Notes: a model not told the origin generated them from the letters alone. DNA of 64,000 nucleotides from Deltaproteobacteria bacterium (GCA_016220005.1 JACRIV010000027.1:11151-75150), one strand, 5' to 3'. Counted from the stretch's first letter, positions 26,592 to 37,100 are shown. A program made the numbers and translations.

Positions 26592-28547
26592 GTGGGTAGG
26601 AATATCGTTCAGAAGATCATCGATGCGCATTACGTGTCCGGGGACAAGAAGCCCGGCAAGGAAGTGGCCGTCCGGATCGACCAGACTCTCACCCAGGACG
26701 CGACCGGAACGATGGCGTACCTGCAGTTCGAGGCGATGGGCGTGCCCCGGGTGAAGACCGAAATATCGGTTTCCTACGTCGACCACAACACCCTCCAGGA
26801 GGGGTTCGAGAACGCCGACGACCACCTGTACCTCCAGACGGTCGCCGCCAAGCACGGGATCTTTTATTCCCGGGCGGGGAACGGGATCTGCCACCAGGTC
26901 CACCTGGAGCGTTTCGGCGCCCCCGGGAAGACGCTGCTGGGTTCCGACTCCCACACGCCGACCGGCGGCGGGATCGGGATGATGGCGATCGGGGCGGGCG
27001 GCCTGGACGTGGCGGTGGCGATGGCGGGCGGCCCGTTCTACATGACCTGTCCGAAGGTGATCAAGGTGAACCTCACGGGGCAGCTCCAGCCCTGGGTGGC
27101 GGCCAAGGACGTGATCCTGAAGCTCCTGGAGATCCTCACCACCAAGGGGAACGTGGGGTGCATCGTCGAATACGGCGGGGAGGGGGTCATGACCCTTTCC
27201 GTCCCCGAGCGCGCCACCATCACCAACATGGGCGCGGAGCTCGGCGTGACCACCTCGATCTTCCCGTCCGACAAGGTGACCAAGGCGTTCCTGAAAGCCC
27301 AGGGCCGGGAGGACAAGTGGGTCAAGCTCGCCGCCGACCCGTCCGCCAAGTACGACCGGGTGATCGACATCGACCTGTCCGAACTGGAGCCGATGGTCGC
27401 ACAGCCCCACAGCCCGGACAACGTCGCCCGGATCCGGGACATCAAGGGGAAGAAGGTCCACCAGGTGCTCGTCGGCTCGTGCACGAACGCTTCCTACAAG
27501 GACATCACCACCTTGGCGAAGATCCTCGACGGCCGGCTGATCAGCCCGAACGTCTCGTTCGGCGTCGCCCCCGGCTCGCGCCAGGTGCTCCAGATGGCGG
27601 CGAAGGAGAGCAGCATCGCCACCCTCGTCGGATCGGGCGCGAGGATACTGGAGACCGCATGCGGGTTCTGCATCGGGGCGGGGCAGGCGCCCCCCTCCGG
27701 CGGGGTCTCCGTGCGGACCAACAACCGGAACTTCGAGGGCCGGTCGGGGACGAAGGACGCCGGGATCTTCCTGGTTTCCGTCGAGACCGCCGCAGCGTGT
27801 GCCCTGAAGGGGGAGCTCGCCGACCCCCGGGAAGTGGCCGCCGAGATGGGGATCGAATACCCGGCCGTCAAGGTGCCCAAGAAGTTCCTCGTGGACGACT
27901 CGATGGTCCTGCTCCCCGCGGAGGACCCCTCCGGGGTGGAGGTGCGCCGCGGGCCGAACATCGGGAAGCCCCCGGAGAGCGTCCCCCTGCCGGAGACGAT
28001 CAAGGGCGAAGTCTCCCTGAAGGTGGGCGACAAGATCACGACCGACCACATCATGCCCGCCGGAGCCCGGCTGAAGTACCGGTCCAACATCGGCAAGTAC
28101 GCCGAGTACGTCTTCGAGGGGGTCGACGCCGCCTTCAGCAAGCGGGCGCTGGAAAACAAGGCCAGGGGGGTCCACAATGTGGTGGTGGGCGGGCTCTCCT
28201 ACGGACAGGGCTCCTCGCGGGAGCATGCGGCGATCTGCCCGAGCCACCTCGGGGTACGGGCGGTCATCACCAAGTCGTTCGAGCGGATCCATTCCGCCAA
28301 CCTGATCAACTTCGGGATCGTGCCGCTCCTGTTCGCCGACGATTCCGACTACGACCGGATCGCCCAGGGTGACCAGGTCGAGATCCCGAACGTCCGGGAA
28401 GCGATCCGGAAAGGGTCCTCGCTCAAGGCGAGAAACGTGACCAAGGGGTTCGACTTCGAGGTCCGGCACACCCTTACCGGCCGCCAGATCGACATCATCC
28501 TGGCCGGCGGGCGGCTGGCCTACACGAAGGAGAAGGGGTCGTTCTGA
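26592..28547 (+). CDS. Aconitate hydratase (about 650-aa single-chain type)
   Basis: TQDATGT, GICHQVH, GSDSHT, GSCTN, CGFCIG, NRNFEGR, TTDHI, GSSREHA. Confidence 0.93.
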   Translation: MGRNIVQKIIDAHYVSGDKKPGKEVAVRIDQTLTQDATGTMAYLQFEAMGVPRVKTEISVSYVDHNTLQEGFENADDHLYLQTVAAKHGIFYSRAGNGICHQVHLERFGAPGKTLLGSDSHTPTGGGIGMMAIGAGGLDVAVAMAGGPFYMTCPKVIKVNLTGQLQPWVAAKDVILKLLEILTTKGNVGCIVEYGGEGVMTLSVPERATITNMGAELGVTTSIFPSDKVTKAFLKAQGREDKWVKLAADPSAKYDRVIDIDLSELEPMVAQPHSPDNVARIRDIKGKKVHQVLVGSCTNASYKDITTLAKILDGRLISPNVSFGVAPGSRQVLQMAAKESSIATLVGSGARILETACGFCIGAGQAPPSGGVSVRTNNRNFEGRSGTKDAGIFLVSVETAAACALKGELADPREVAAEMGIEYPAVKVPKKFLVDDSMVLLPAEDPSGVEVRRGPNIGKPPESVPLPETIKGEVSLKVGDKITTDHIMPAGARLKYRSNIGKYAEYVFEGVDAAFSKRALENKARGVHNVVVGGLSYGQGSSREHAAICPSHLGVRAVITKSFERIHSANLINFGIVPLLFADDSDYDRIAQGDQVEIPNVREAIRKGSSLKARNVTKGFDFEVRHTLTGRQIDIILAGGRLAYTKEKGSF

Positions 28548-28724
28548 TTGGCGCGCGACGACTGGAAGTACTACGACGACGAGATGGACGAGGAGGGGGA
28601 GGACAAGAAGGTCCTCCCCCCCGAGAAGCAGTGTAAAAACTGCCTCCACTGGGTCCCGCGGGAGGCGCCGTCCTGCTCCTGGTGCGGGAAGCCTTTCGAG
28701 GACGACGGGAGGGACCGCTCCTAG
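28548..28724 (+). CDS. Small acidic zinc-ribbon protein (58 aa, missing from the ORF track)
   Basis: TTG start right after the aconitase stop: MARDDWKYYDDEMDEEGEDKKVLPPEKQCKNCLHWVPREAPSCSWCGKPFEDDGRDRS; host-like codon use. Confidence 0.7.
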   Translation: MARDDWKYYDDEMDEEGEDKKVLPPEKQCKNCLHWVPREAPSCSWCGKPFEDDGRDRS

Positions 28725-28748
28725 GGTGTAACGTTCCCTCCCGCGCTG

Positions 28749-30734
28749 TTATTCGATCAGTGCAAACCTCGGCAGGACGCCCGCCGGGATCTCCTCCACG
28801 AACCGGGACGGCCGCGACAGCACCGTCCCGGAGGCGCGCTCGTAGATGTTGACCGGGTAGGTCATCACCAGCACGTCCTTGGCGCGGGTCGCCGCGACGT
28901 AGAGCAGCCGCCGCTCCTCCTCCATCTCTTCCTCCTCTTCCGCGGCCCGGGAGAGGGGGAGCTTTCCGTCCAGCACCCAGACGATGAAGACCGCCTTCCA
29001 CTCCAGCCCCTTGGCGGAATGGATCGTGGAGAGCGTCAAAGACTCCTCCTCCCCTTCCGGGGCGGCGATGTCCCCCACGGAGGCCTGGGGCGGCTCCAGG
29101 GTGATCTCGGAGAGAAAGTCCGACAGGGTCTTGTACCGGGCGCACAGCGATTCCAGGTGGTCGAGGTCCTTGAGCCGCCGCGGGTAGTCGTCGAACCGGC
29201 CCTCCATGAGGGGCCGGTAGTACCCGATCACTCGGGCCACGATCTCCGTCACCGGCAGCGTTCCGCCCTGTCCCCCGGCTTCCCGGCCCGATAGCTCCGA
29301 CAGCAGCTTCGCCAGCAGCGAAGCCTCCTCGGATCCTCTCCTCTTTTTCAGGGTGGAAAGGACCGGAAGGAGCGAAGCTTCCTCGTGGGCCCGCCGGTAA
29401 AGGTCGGCGCTGACCTTCCTTCCGATGCCCGGGACAAGCATGAGCGCCCGCGACAGGCTCAGGGTGTCCCGCGGGTTGTCGATCACCCGCAGGTGAGCGA
29501 TCACGTCCTTGACGTGGGCCGTCTCGAGGAACTTGAACCCCCCGAACTTCCGATAGGGGATGTGCCGTTTGGCAAGCTCCAGCTCCAAATCGAAAGACAG
29601 GTAGGCGGCGCGGAACAGGACGGCGATCTCGCTCAAGGGGATCCCTTGCTCCTCGTGCAGCTCGAGGATCCGGTCGGCCACGAAGGCGGACTGGATCCGC
29701 TCGTTGGGGGCGGACAGGAGCGCCGCCTTCTCCCCCCCGGAGCGGGAGGTGAAGAGCCGCTTCGGGAACTTCTCCGCGGCCCGGGCGATGATCTCGTTGG
29801 TGACGTCCAGGATCGGCTGCCGGCTGCGGTAGTTCTCCTCCAGGAACACCACTTTCGCCCCGGGAAAGTCCGCGGGGAAGTCCATGATGTTCCGGAAGTT
29901 CGCTCCCCGGAACGAGTAGATGCTCTGCGAGTCGTCGCCCACGGCCATCACGTTGTCGTGGGCCGCCGCCAGGAGGCGCAGGATCTCCGCCTGGATCCGG
30001 TTGGTGTCCTGGTATTCGTCCACCAGGACGTGCCGGTAGGTTTCGGACACCGCGCGGCGGATCGGCTCGTTTTCCCGGAGGAGGGCGACCAGCCGGACCA
30101 GGAGATCGTCGTAGTCCATCAGGTTCCTCTCCCGCTTGGTCCGCTCGTACAGGCGTTGGATCGCGAGGATATCCCCCAGGCAGTACAGGAAGTGGGGCGC
30201 CTCCCGCTCCACGGCCGGCTCGATCTCCTCCTCGCGGTTCACCGCCCGGCTGAAGAGGTCCGCCAGGGTCTCCTTCTTGGGGAAGCGTACGGTCTTGTGC
30301 CCCGCGTGGATCTCGTGCCGCAGGAGGCCGATGAGGTCCTGAGCGTCCGCCCGGTCGAGGATGGTGAAGTTCTCGCCGAAGCCCGCGGCGGACGCGTAGC
30401 GCCGCAGGAGGGAGTTGGCGAAGGCATGGAAGGTCCCGCCGGCGACTTTCTCGCACCGGCGGTCCAGGAGGAGGGCCGCCCTCCGGAGCATCTCTTCCGA
30501 AGCCCTGCGGGTGAAGGTGAGCAGGAGGATGGAAGAGGGCGTGTGCCCGAGCTCCACGAGGCGTGCGACGCGGTAGATGAGGGTGCGGGTCTTTCCCGTC
30601 CCCGCCCCCGCGACTACCAGGAGGGGGCCGTCGCCGTGGAGCACCGCCTCCGCCTGGCGGGGGTTGAGGGCCTTCTCGTAGTCGATCTTGCCGCCGGGTG
30701 CGGGGATCTCGCGAATCGAATATCGTTTCTCCAA
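28749..30734 (-). CDS. UvrD/PcrA family ATP-dependent DNA helicase
   Basis: AGAGTGKT, TFH, VDEYQDTN, GDDSQSIYSFRGA, LEENYRS, TIHSAKGLEW, EERRLLYVAATRA; TTG start with SD AGGAG. Confidence 0.93.
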   Translation of the reverse strand: MEKRYSIREIPAPGGKIDYEKALNPRQAEAVLHGDGPLLVVAGAGTGKTRTLIYRVARLVELGHTPSSILLLTFTRRASEEMLRRAALLLDRRCEKVAGGTFHAFANSLLRRYASAAGFGENFTILDRADAQDLIGLLRHEIHAGHKTVRFPKKETLADLFSRAVNREEEIEPAVEREAPHFLYCLGDILAIQRLYERTKRERNLMDYDDLLVRLVALLRENEPIRRAVSETYRHVLVDEYQDTNRIQAEILRLLAAAHDNVMAVGDDSQSIYSFRGANFRNIMDFPADFPGAKVVFLEENYRSRQPILDVTNEIIARAAEKFPKRLFTSRSGGEKAALLSAPNERIQSAFVADRILELHEEQGIPLSEIAVLFRAAYLSFDLELELAKRHIPYRKFGGFKFLETAHVKDVIAHLRVIDNPRDTLSLSRALMLVPGIGRKVSADLYRRAHEEASLLPVLSTLKKRRGSEEASLLAKLLSELSGREAGGQGGTLPVTEIVARVIGYYRPLMEGRFDDYPRRLKDLDHLESLCARYKTLSDFLSEITLEPPQASVGDIAAPEGEEESLTLSTIHSAKGLEWKAVFIVWVLDGKLPLSRAAEEEEEMEEERRLLYVAATRAKDVLVMTYPVNIYERASGTVLSRPSRFVEEIPAGVLPRFALIE

Positions 30735-30790
30735 GACTCTCCTCGCTACCAGCTGTGGTTCGGCGCTACCATCATGTATTATGCCGCCGA

Positions 30791-31007
30791 TGCGTGAGGC
30801 GCTTAGCCTACGGGGGCTCCGTGCTCGCATCGTCGCCTGCGGCTCCCCTGCATATTACTCCACGTGCCACGCGGTGCTCTCCTCGCACTTCGGTCACCCG
30901 CCGTCGCCCGCCAAGCCGGTTTGTTGCGACGGTAGTGTGCTTGAGACAGACGGTTCCGCCGCGGCGTCTCGCTTGCGCCGGACCCCCCTTCGGCTGCGCC
31001 TCACGCA
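30791..31007. repeat. Bipartite palindromic repeat, copy 2
   Basis: Perfect 12-bp terminal inverted repeat TGCGTGAGGCGC/GCGCCTCACGCA; arms match copy 1; 102-nt unique core at 30849-30950. Confidence 0.85.
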
Positions 31008-31041
31008 CACGATACTTTGCCCGAACCATGTTGCGCAGCAC

Positions 31042-31842
31042 TTACGCGGCGTAGCAGTACAGGCAGCCGTGGCGGCAGGTGCGGTAGGAGCCGATGTCCC
31101 GGGACGCGGAGCACAGGCAGCCGGGGCGCGACGGCGCGGGCGACGCCGGGATCTCCGCGCCGGGCCACAACGACCGCAGGTACGGGCCGTCCACGCAGGC
31201 GCCGGCGGGAACGCCCCAGTCGGCGAGCAGCGGGGTGCAGCAGGATTGGACGGCGAATCCCCTCGCTTTCCCGATTTCGAGGAGGCGCTCCACGGCGGTC
31301 CGCAGGCGGTCGTCCGGTCCCCAGATTCCACGAACGCCCCGCGTCGCCCTCAGGCTCTTCCGATATGGGTGGGCGATGCTCAAGGTGCAGCGGCCCGACA
31401 TGCCGGCGAGCGCGGCGGAGATCCGCTCGAAGCGCGCAACGAGCGCCTCGGGATCCTCGCCGGGGAGGAGGGGATCGAACCTCCAGAGGACGCGCCCGGG
31501 GCCGACCCGTTCCGAGAGCTCCCGGAAAGCGGAGACGGCCTCCTCGACCGCCGGAACGCAAGGCTCCAATTCGCGGGGAAGCCCCGTCAGGGTGAACTGG
31601 AAGATCGACCGATACCCTTCCCGTTCGAGGCGGGCAAGGACGGGGAAGAAGGGACGGGGGTCGCGCGTCCAGAAGACGAAGGCCGCCAGCTGGTCCCGGG
31701 CGAGCGAGACGGCGGCGGGCCGGCCGGAGTAAGGATTACGGTATTCCGCCATCCCCGCGGACAGGCAGGAGGAGAACCATTCCGAGTGGAAGGCCGGGAT
31801 GTCGGTGCGCCGGGACGCGCTGATGATTACGGACGAGGACAC
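31042..31842 (-). CDS. DUF1848 domain protein
   Basis: IISASRRTDIPAF, VFWTRDP, WRFDP, CLC..SRDIGSY.TC.HGCLYCYA. Confidence 0.88.
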   Translation of the reverse strand: MSSSVIISASRRTDIPAFHSEWFSSCLSAGMAEYRNPYSGRPAAVSLARDQLAAFVFWTRDPRPFFPVLARLEREGYRSIFQFTLTGLPRELEPCVPAVEEAVSAFRELSERVGPGRVLWRFDPLLPGEDPEALVARFERISAALAGMSGRCTLSIAHPYRKSLRATRGVRGIWGPDDRLRTAVERLLEIGKARGFAVQSCCTPLLADWGVPAGACVDGPYLRSLWPGAEIPASPAPSRPGCLCSASRDIGSYRTCRHGCLYCYAA

Positions 31843-31915
31843 CTCCTTATTCTAGCACCCGGTCTGCTGAGCGGCCCATTACGGAAATGAGCCGCTCAGC
31901 GACGGCCTGCCGATC

Positions 31916-32245
31916 TTATGGTGCGACGCGACCGTTGTGCTTGGCGCGGTAGATGTGCCGGCTCGAGTGGTTCAGGCGCTTCTGGACTCTCGCGCGTTCG
32001 ACGGGGGTGAAATCCCCGTCCGACTTGAACCGCCGCTCCTGCCGCTCGATCCGGGCCTGCTCCCTTTCGAGCCGGGCCGCCTCGCCGGGGGTGAGGGACC
32101 CACTCTGGACCCCTTGGTAGATCCGCCTCTGCTGGTTGCGCTGCCGCTGCTCGATCCCCGGGGAGGCCGTGTCTCCCGCGATGACCGGTGCCGCCACCGC
32201 GATGGCCAGGGTCGCCGCCACCATCGCCATGATTCCCTTTCTCAT
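31916..32245 (-). CDS. Secreted hypothetical protein (QQRRI.QG..SG.LT family)
   Basis: Signal peptide; RQRNQQRRIYQGVQSGSLTPGEAARL..IYRAKHN; SD AAGGAGG. Confidence 0.75.
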   Translation of the reverse strand: MRKGIMAMVAATLAIAVAAPVIAGDTASPGIEQRQRNQQRRIYQGVQSGSLTPGEAARLEREQARIERQERRFKSDGDFTPVERARVQKRLNHSSRHIYRAKHNGRVAP

Positions 32246-32322
32246 TGTCCTGCCCTCCTTCGGTTGAGGATGTGATCCGTTCTTGGCGGAGTAAACCCGG
32301 GAGGCGGGAAAAAGTTTCTTCC

Positions 32323-32351
32323 TTGACAGGGTCGGGGCCGATTGGTAGATT
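32323..32351 (+). promoter_or_regulatory. sigma70 promoter of the cold-shock gene
   Basis: TTGACA-N17-TAGATT. Confidence 0.7.
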
Positions 32352-32382
32352 TTCGGCAGCAATCCGAAGGAGGTAAGGGCAA

Positions 32383-32583
32383 GTGGCTCAGGGCACGGTG
32401 AAGTGGTTCAACGACGCGAAGGGTTATGGATTCATCGCGCAGGAAGGCGGACCGGATGTCTTCGTGCACTTCAGCGCGATCAAGGCGGAAGGGTTCCGGT
32501 CGCTGAAGGAGGGCGAGCGCGTCCAGTTCGATATCACCGAAGGCCCCAAGGGTCCGCAGGCCGCCAACGTCGTCAAGGCGTAA
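32383..32583 (+). CDS. csp: Cold-shock protein
   Basis: [34 protein letters not shown]. Confidence 0.97.
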   Translation: MAQGTVKWFNDAKGYGFIAQEGGPDVFVHFSAIKAEGFRSLKEGERVQFDITEGPKGPQAANVVKA

Positions 32584-32612
32584 ACGGCCCGTCCCTGGCC
32601 TCCCACGGCCAC

Positions 32613-32659
32613 AGGGGACATCTCATTAGCTCGAGTGTTACGTTGAATGAGTGTCCCCT
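32613..32659. repeat. REP-like palindrome (GGGGACA...TGTCCCC type)
   Basis: AGGGGACA(T)CTCATT-N18-AATGAGTGTCCCCT. Confidence 0.6.
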
Positions 32660-32662
32660 CCC

Positions 32663-33352
32663 ATGACGACCGGGAAGATCCCCCCTTTCGCGACGACGAT
32701 CGAGGAGGCCCGCCGGGTCCAGGAGCGCCTCCGCGAGACGGTGCGCCTGGTCCGCCTTCCTCTCGACCACATCCGGCTGGTCGGGGCGGCGGACGTCACC
32801 TTCCTCGGCGAAAAGGAGACCGTGGCGGCCGCCTTCGTCGTCACCGACTTGGAAAGCGGAAAGGTGGTCGAGGAAAAGACCGCCGTGCGCCGGACCGATT
32901 TCCCCTACGTTCCCGGGTACCTCACCTTCCGGGAGGGGCCGGCCGTCCTGGCCGCGTGGCGGAAGATCCGCCGCAAGCCCGACGTCATCCTTTTCGACGG
33001 ACAGGGGATCGCCCATCCCCGCCGGTTCGGCATCGCCTCGCACGTAGGAGTGCTCTTGGATATGCCGAGCGTCGGTGTGGCGAAGAAGCGGCTCGTGGGC
33101 GAGTATTCTCCGCCGGGACCCCGGCGGGGGGATTGGACCCCTCTCCTTTACGAAGGGGAGACCGTGGGGGCGGTGGTCCGCACGCGGGAGGGGGTCAAGC
33201 CGGTCTTCGTGTCGGTGGGGCACCTGGCGGACCTTCCCTCCGCCGTCTCTCTCGTGCTGCGTCTCTGTTCGCGGTATCGGCTCCCCGATCCGGCGAGGCG
33301 CGCCCACCAGCTGACCCGGGAGCTGCGAAAAGAAGGGTCTCCCGGGAATTAA
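32663..33352 (+). CDS. nfi: Endonuclease V
   Basis: GAADV, FPYVPGYLTFREGP, FDGQGIAHPRRFGIASH, GVAK, KPVFVSVGH, RLPDPARRAH. Confidence 0.95.
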   Translation: MTTGKIPPFATTIEEARRVQERLRETVRLVRLPLDHIRLVGAADVTFLGEKETVAAAFVVTDLESGKVVEEKTAVRRTDFPYVPGYLTFREGPAVLAAWRKIRRKPDVILFDGQGIAHPRRFGIASHVGVLLDMPSVGVAKKRLVGEYSPPGPRRGDWTPLLYEGETVGAVVRTREGVKPVFVSVGHLADLPSAVSLVLRLCSRYRLPDPARRAHQLTRELRKEGSPGN

Positions 33353-33765
33353 AACTCCAGGACCTCTACCTGGTCTTCCCCGAGGTTGTCGGCAAGCGTC
33401 CAGAACCGGGCCTTTCCATGGGGGAGCCGTAGGAGGACGAAGGCAGGGTCGTCCGCGGAAAACCTTTTCAGGTAATCCCGCTCGTCGATCAGTCTCTGCT
33501 TCTTTCCGCGATCGTCGACGATCTCGAACTCCCCCGTGATGCGCAGCATCTTGCTGAAATCCCTGGAGCAGTAGCAGAGCTCGACATTCCTGTTCCCGCT
33601 GATCTGCCGAAAGACGCTCTTCGTCGCTCCCGTAGTGAAATGGATCTTCCCGTCCTCGAACAGGACGGACAGAAATGCCCGGACGCGGGGCTGGTCCCCG
33701 TCGACGGTGGCGACGCTGCACACGGGGTTTTCCCGGACGAAATCCAGGACGTCTTCATAGCGCAT
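33349..33765 (-). CDS. Pyridoxamine 5'-phosphate oxidase family (FMN-binding split barrel) protein
   Basis: ATVDGDQPRVR..FTTG..KSVFRQI..N.NVE..LRITG. Confidence 0.85.
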   Translation of the reverse strand: MRYEDVLDFVRENPVCSVATVDGDQPRVRAFLSVLFEDGKIHFTTGATKSVFRQISGNRNVELCYCSRDFSKMLRITGEFEIVDDRGKKQRLIDERDYLKRFSADDPAFVLLRLPHGKARFWTLADNLGEDQVEVLEF

Positions 33766-33837
33766 GTCGGTCTTCCTCCCTGGTGGGGCCGTTTTCCTCA
33801 GGAGCATTATGCGTGAGAAGGATCGACCGGGCTTTCA

Positions 33838-34749
33838 CTATTCGATCAATTTGTTTATGGATGCCGCCATTCCCGTTTTCTTCCTGTACGAGGAGGGGGA
33901 TACCCCGTATTTCCTGGTGAACCGCGCGGAAAGGTAAGCGGCGCTGCCGAACCCGCAGTCGAGCGCGATCTCCGTGATGGTCATGTCTCCGGCGAGGAGC
34001 ATTTTTTTCGCCCGGTCAAGACGGATCCGGAGGAGGTATTCGATCGGCGCCTGCCCGGTCTCCTCCCGGAACACGCGGGAAAGATGCGAAGGAGACATGC
34101 GGGCGATCCGTGCAAGCCCCTCGACGGTGATCTTCTCGCCCGGATGGGTATGCATGTGCTCGACCACCCTGTCGATCTCCACGCGGGAGGAAACACGGTC
34201 CCGCATCTCGGGATATCGCCGCGCGCTCCGGATGAGCGCGTGGCAGATCTGGACGCCCAGCGCCTCCAGCACCTCTTCCGACCCCGGGCCGGAATTGTCG
34301 GCCTCGATCATGAAGGATTTCAGAAGGGGCAGCAGGGTCGAAGGGGGGTCGAGGAATTCTCCGCGGAAGATCCGTTTCCCCGATTCCGGATACCGGCGAT
34401 AGTGCTTCTCGAAGAATCGCTTCTTGACGAAAACCGCGATGTACCTCGGCGGGGTATCCGACGGGGCCTCCTCGTGCTCGATTCCCGGGGAAAGGGCGAA
34501 GAGCTTTCCCGGCGAGGTGACGAGCGCCTTCCCGTCGATCCGGATCGCGTTGTTTTCGTCAAAGGGGAGGATGAACATGTAGGAGGGGTGGCTGTGCCGG
34601 GGGGTCCGGGCGTAGAAGCAGGCCCCGCCCACCGGCACGAACAGGCCGAGATCCCTCCCCACGAAACAATCCACGTAGCGAAGCTGCTCCGGGGTTGCGT
34701 TCCCCACGAGCTTGCGGATTTTTCCGAGAGGGAGTTCCATGAGGTCCAC
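33838..34749 (-). CDS. AraC family transcriptional regulator
   Basis: N-terminal cupin (HSHPSY); C-terminal double HTH (LARIARMSPSHLSRVF..IALDCGF). Confidence 0.92.
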   Translation of the reverse strand: MDLMELPLGKIRKLVGNATPEQLRYVDCFVGRDLGLFVPVGGACFYARTPRHSHPSYMFILPFDENNAIRIDGKALVTSPGKLFALSPGIEHEEAPSDTPPRYIAVFVKKRFFEKHYRRYPESGKRIFRGEFLDPPSTLLPLLKSFMIEADNSGPGSEEVLEALGVQICHALIRSARRYPEMRDRVSSRVEIDRVVEHMHTHPGEKITVEGLARIARMSPSHLSRVFREETGQAPIEYLLRIRLDRAKKMLLAGDMTITEIALDCGFGSAAYLSARFTRKYGVSPSSYRKKTGMAASINKLIE

Positions 34750-34770
34750 GGGAGCCCGGCGGCGCTCCGG

Positions 34771-34810
34771 AAAAACCGAACGGCGGCCCCGTTCATCGGG
34801 CCGCCGTTCG
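34771..34810 (-). terminator. Rho-independent terminator after secG
   Basis: CGAACGGCGGCCC-N8-GGGCCGCCGTTCG with A5 tract on + strand. Confidence 0.75.
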
Positions 34811-34835
34811 CAAGGGGGATCGGTTGCCGGCCTAT

Positions 34836-35234
34836 CTACCTGCCCGGCTGCGCCGGGGCTGCGGGCGCCTGCGCGGGCGGCGCCCCGCCGGGGGCGGGCA
34901 AAGCCCCGCCCGGCGCATTAGGCATCCCGGGCTGCTGTCCCGGCGGGATGACGGGTCCGGGCATCGCCGACGCCGGCGCGCCTTTCATGATGGTGGAGGA
35001 AACCCTCCCGCCGGCGAAGTAGGCGAGGAAGAGCGAAGTGATCATGAAGACCACGGCGGCCCCCGCCGTCAGCTTGCTCAGGAAACTGGTGGGCCCGGTG
35101 GAGCCGAACAGCGTCTGGGACGACCCGCCGCCGAAGACGGCTCCGATGTCCGTCCCTTTCCCCGTCTGGAGAAGGATGATGAGAATCAAGGTGATGGATA
35201 CGATCACGTGCAGGATGACTATGAGTGTGTACAT
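34836..35234 (-). CDS. secG: Preprotein translocase subunit SecG
   Basis: ILLQTGKG.DIGAVFGGGSSQTLFGS..FLSKLT; Pro/Ala-rich tail. Confidence 0.95.
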   Translation of the reverse strand: MYTLIVILHVIVSITLILIILLQTGKGTDIGAVFGGGSSQTLFGSTGPTSFLSKLTAGAAVVFMITSLFLAYFAGGRVSSTIMKGAPASAMPGPVIPPGQQPGMPNAPGGALPAPGGAPPAQAPAAPAQPGR

Positions 35235-35256
35235 TGCGCCCTTCCGGATCCCTCCG

Positions 35257-36009
35257 TTATTGGAACTTCACGATATTTGCGAACACGTCGGCTTTCAGGC
35301 TCGCCCCGCCGACCAGCGCCCCGTCGATATCATTCCGCCCCATCAGGTCGGCGATGTTCTCCGGCTTGACGGAGCCCCCGTAGAGGATGCGGACGGACCG
35401 GGCAGCCGTAGCCCCCCATAGCTCGGATAGGAGGCCCCGAAGGAAGGCGTGGACCTCCTGGGCCTGCGCGGGCGTGGCCGTCCTTCCCGTCCCGATCGCC
35501 CAGACCGGCTCGTAGGCGACGATGACCCGGGAGGAGTCGGAAGCGGGAATACCGGCCAGACCCGTCCGGAGCTGCCGTTCGACCACCTCGAACGTCCTTC
35601 CTTCCTCCCGCTCCGAGAGCGTTTCCCCGAGGCACATGACGGGCACGAGGCCCGAAGCCAGAGCGGCCTTGACTTTGCGGTTGACGGAGTCGTCGGTCTC
35701 GGCGAAATACTGCCTCCGCTCCGAGTGGCCGATGATCGCGTACGCGGCCCCGGCGTCCTTCACCATGCCGGGCGAGACCTCTCCCGTATAGGCGCCCTCC
35801 TCGGCGAAGTGCATGTTCTGCGACGCCACGCCGACGTTGGTCCCCGCCGTCAGCGCCGCGACCGGTCCGAGGGAGGGGAAGGGGGGGGCAAGGACGATCT
35901 CGACCCCCGTGACGCCCGAGACGAGAGGGAGAAGCTCCTTCACGAAAGCGGTCGCCTCCCCCATCGTCTTGTACATCTTCCAGTTGCCGGCGATGAGCGG
36001 AATCCGCAT
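35257..36009 (-). CDS. tpiA: Triosephosphate isomerase
   Basis: AGNWKM, GHSERR, AYEPVWAIGTG, LYGGSVK, VGGASL. Confidence 0.98.
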   Translation of the reverse strand: MRIPLIAGNWKMYKTMGEATAFVKELLPLVSGVTGVEIVLAPPFPSLGPVAALTAGTNVGVASQNMHFAEEGAYTGEVSPGMVKDAGAAYAIIGHSERRQYFAETDDSVNRKVKAALASGLVPVMCLGETLSEREEGRTFEVVERQLRTGLAGIPASDSSRVIVAYEPVWAIGTGRTATPAQAQEVHAFLRGLLSELWGATAARSVRILYGGSVKPENIADLMGRNDIDGALVGGASLKADVFANIVKFQ

Positions 36010-36013
36010 CGCC

Positions 36014-37048
<1,035 letters not shown>

Positions 37049-37072
37049 TCAGGGGAATTAAAAAGAGTTTAA

Positions 37073-37100
37073 ATTATACTCCGTTACGGCTTGCTGTCAA
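37073..37100 (-). promoter_or_regulatory. Consensus sigma70 promoter for gap-tpiA-secG, inside the 3' end of the upstream gene
   Basis: Minus strand TTGACA-N16-TATAAT. Confidence 0.75.

Noticed and set aside
28545..28550. Selenocysteine or readthrough at the aconitase TGA (also TAG/ATG at 7574-7579)
   Set aside because: The upstream proteins are complete at their stops, the next codon is a usable start and no SECIS-like hairpin was evident; translational coupling is simpler.
9327..31007. Bipartite repeat read as a CRISPR array or integron attC sites
   Set aside because: The copies are 21 kb apart and not tandem, the two arms differ from each other, and no cas or integrase gene is present in the window.
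31866..31900. Hairpin GCTGAGCGGC..GCCGCTCAGC
   Set aside because: Single copy without a U-tract; probably an mRNA-stabilising or weak terminator stem, and it cannot be classified.
34750..34835. tRNA-Leu often found after secG
   Set aside because: No cloverleaf or TTCGA T-loop; only a terminator hairpin.
34836..34980. Low-complexity GC-rich repeats at the secG 3' end
   Set aside because: They encode the ordinary Pro/Ala/Gly-rich disordered tail of SecG.
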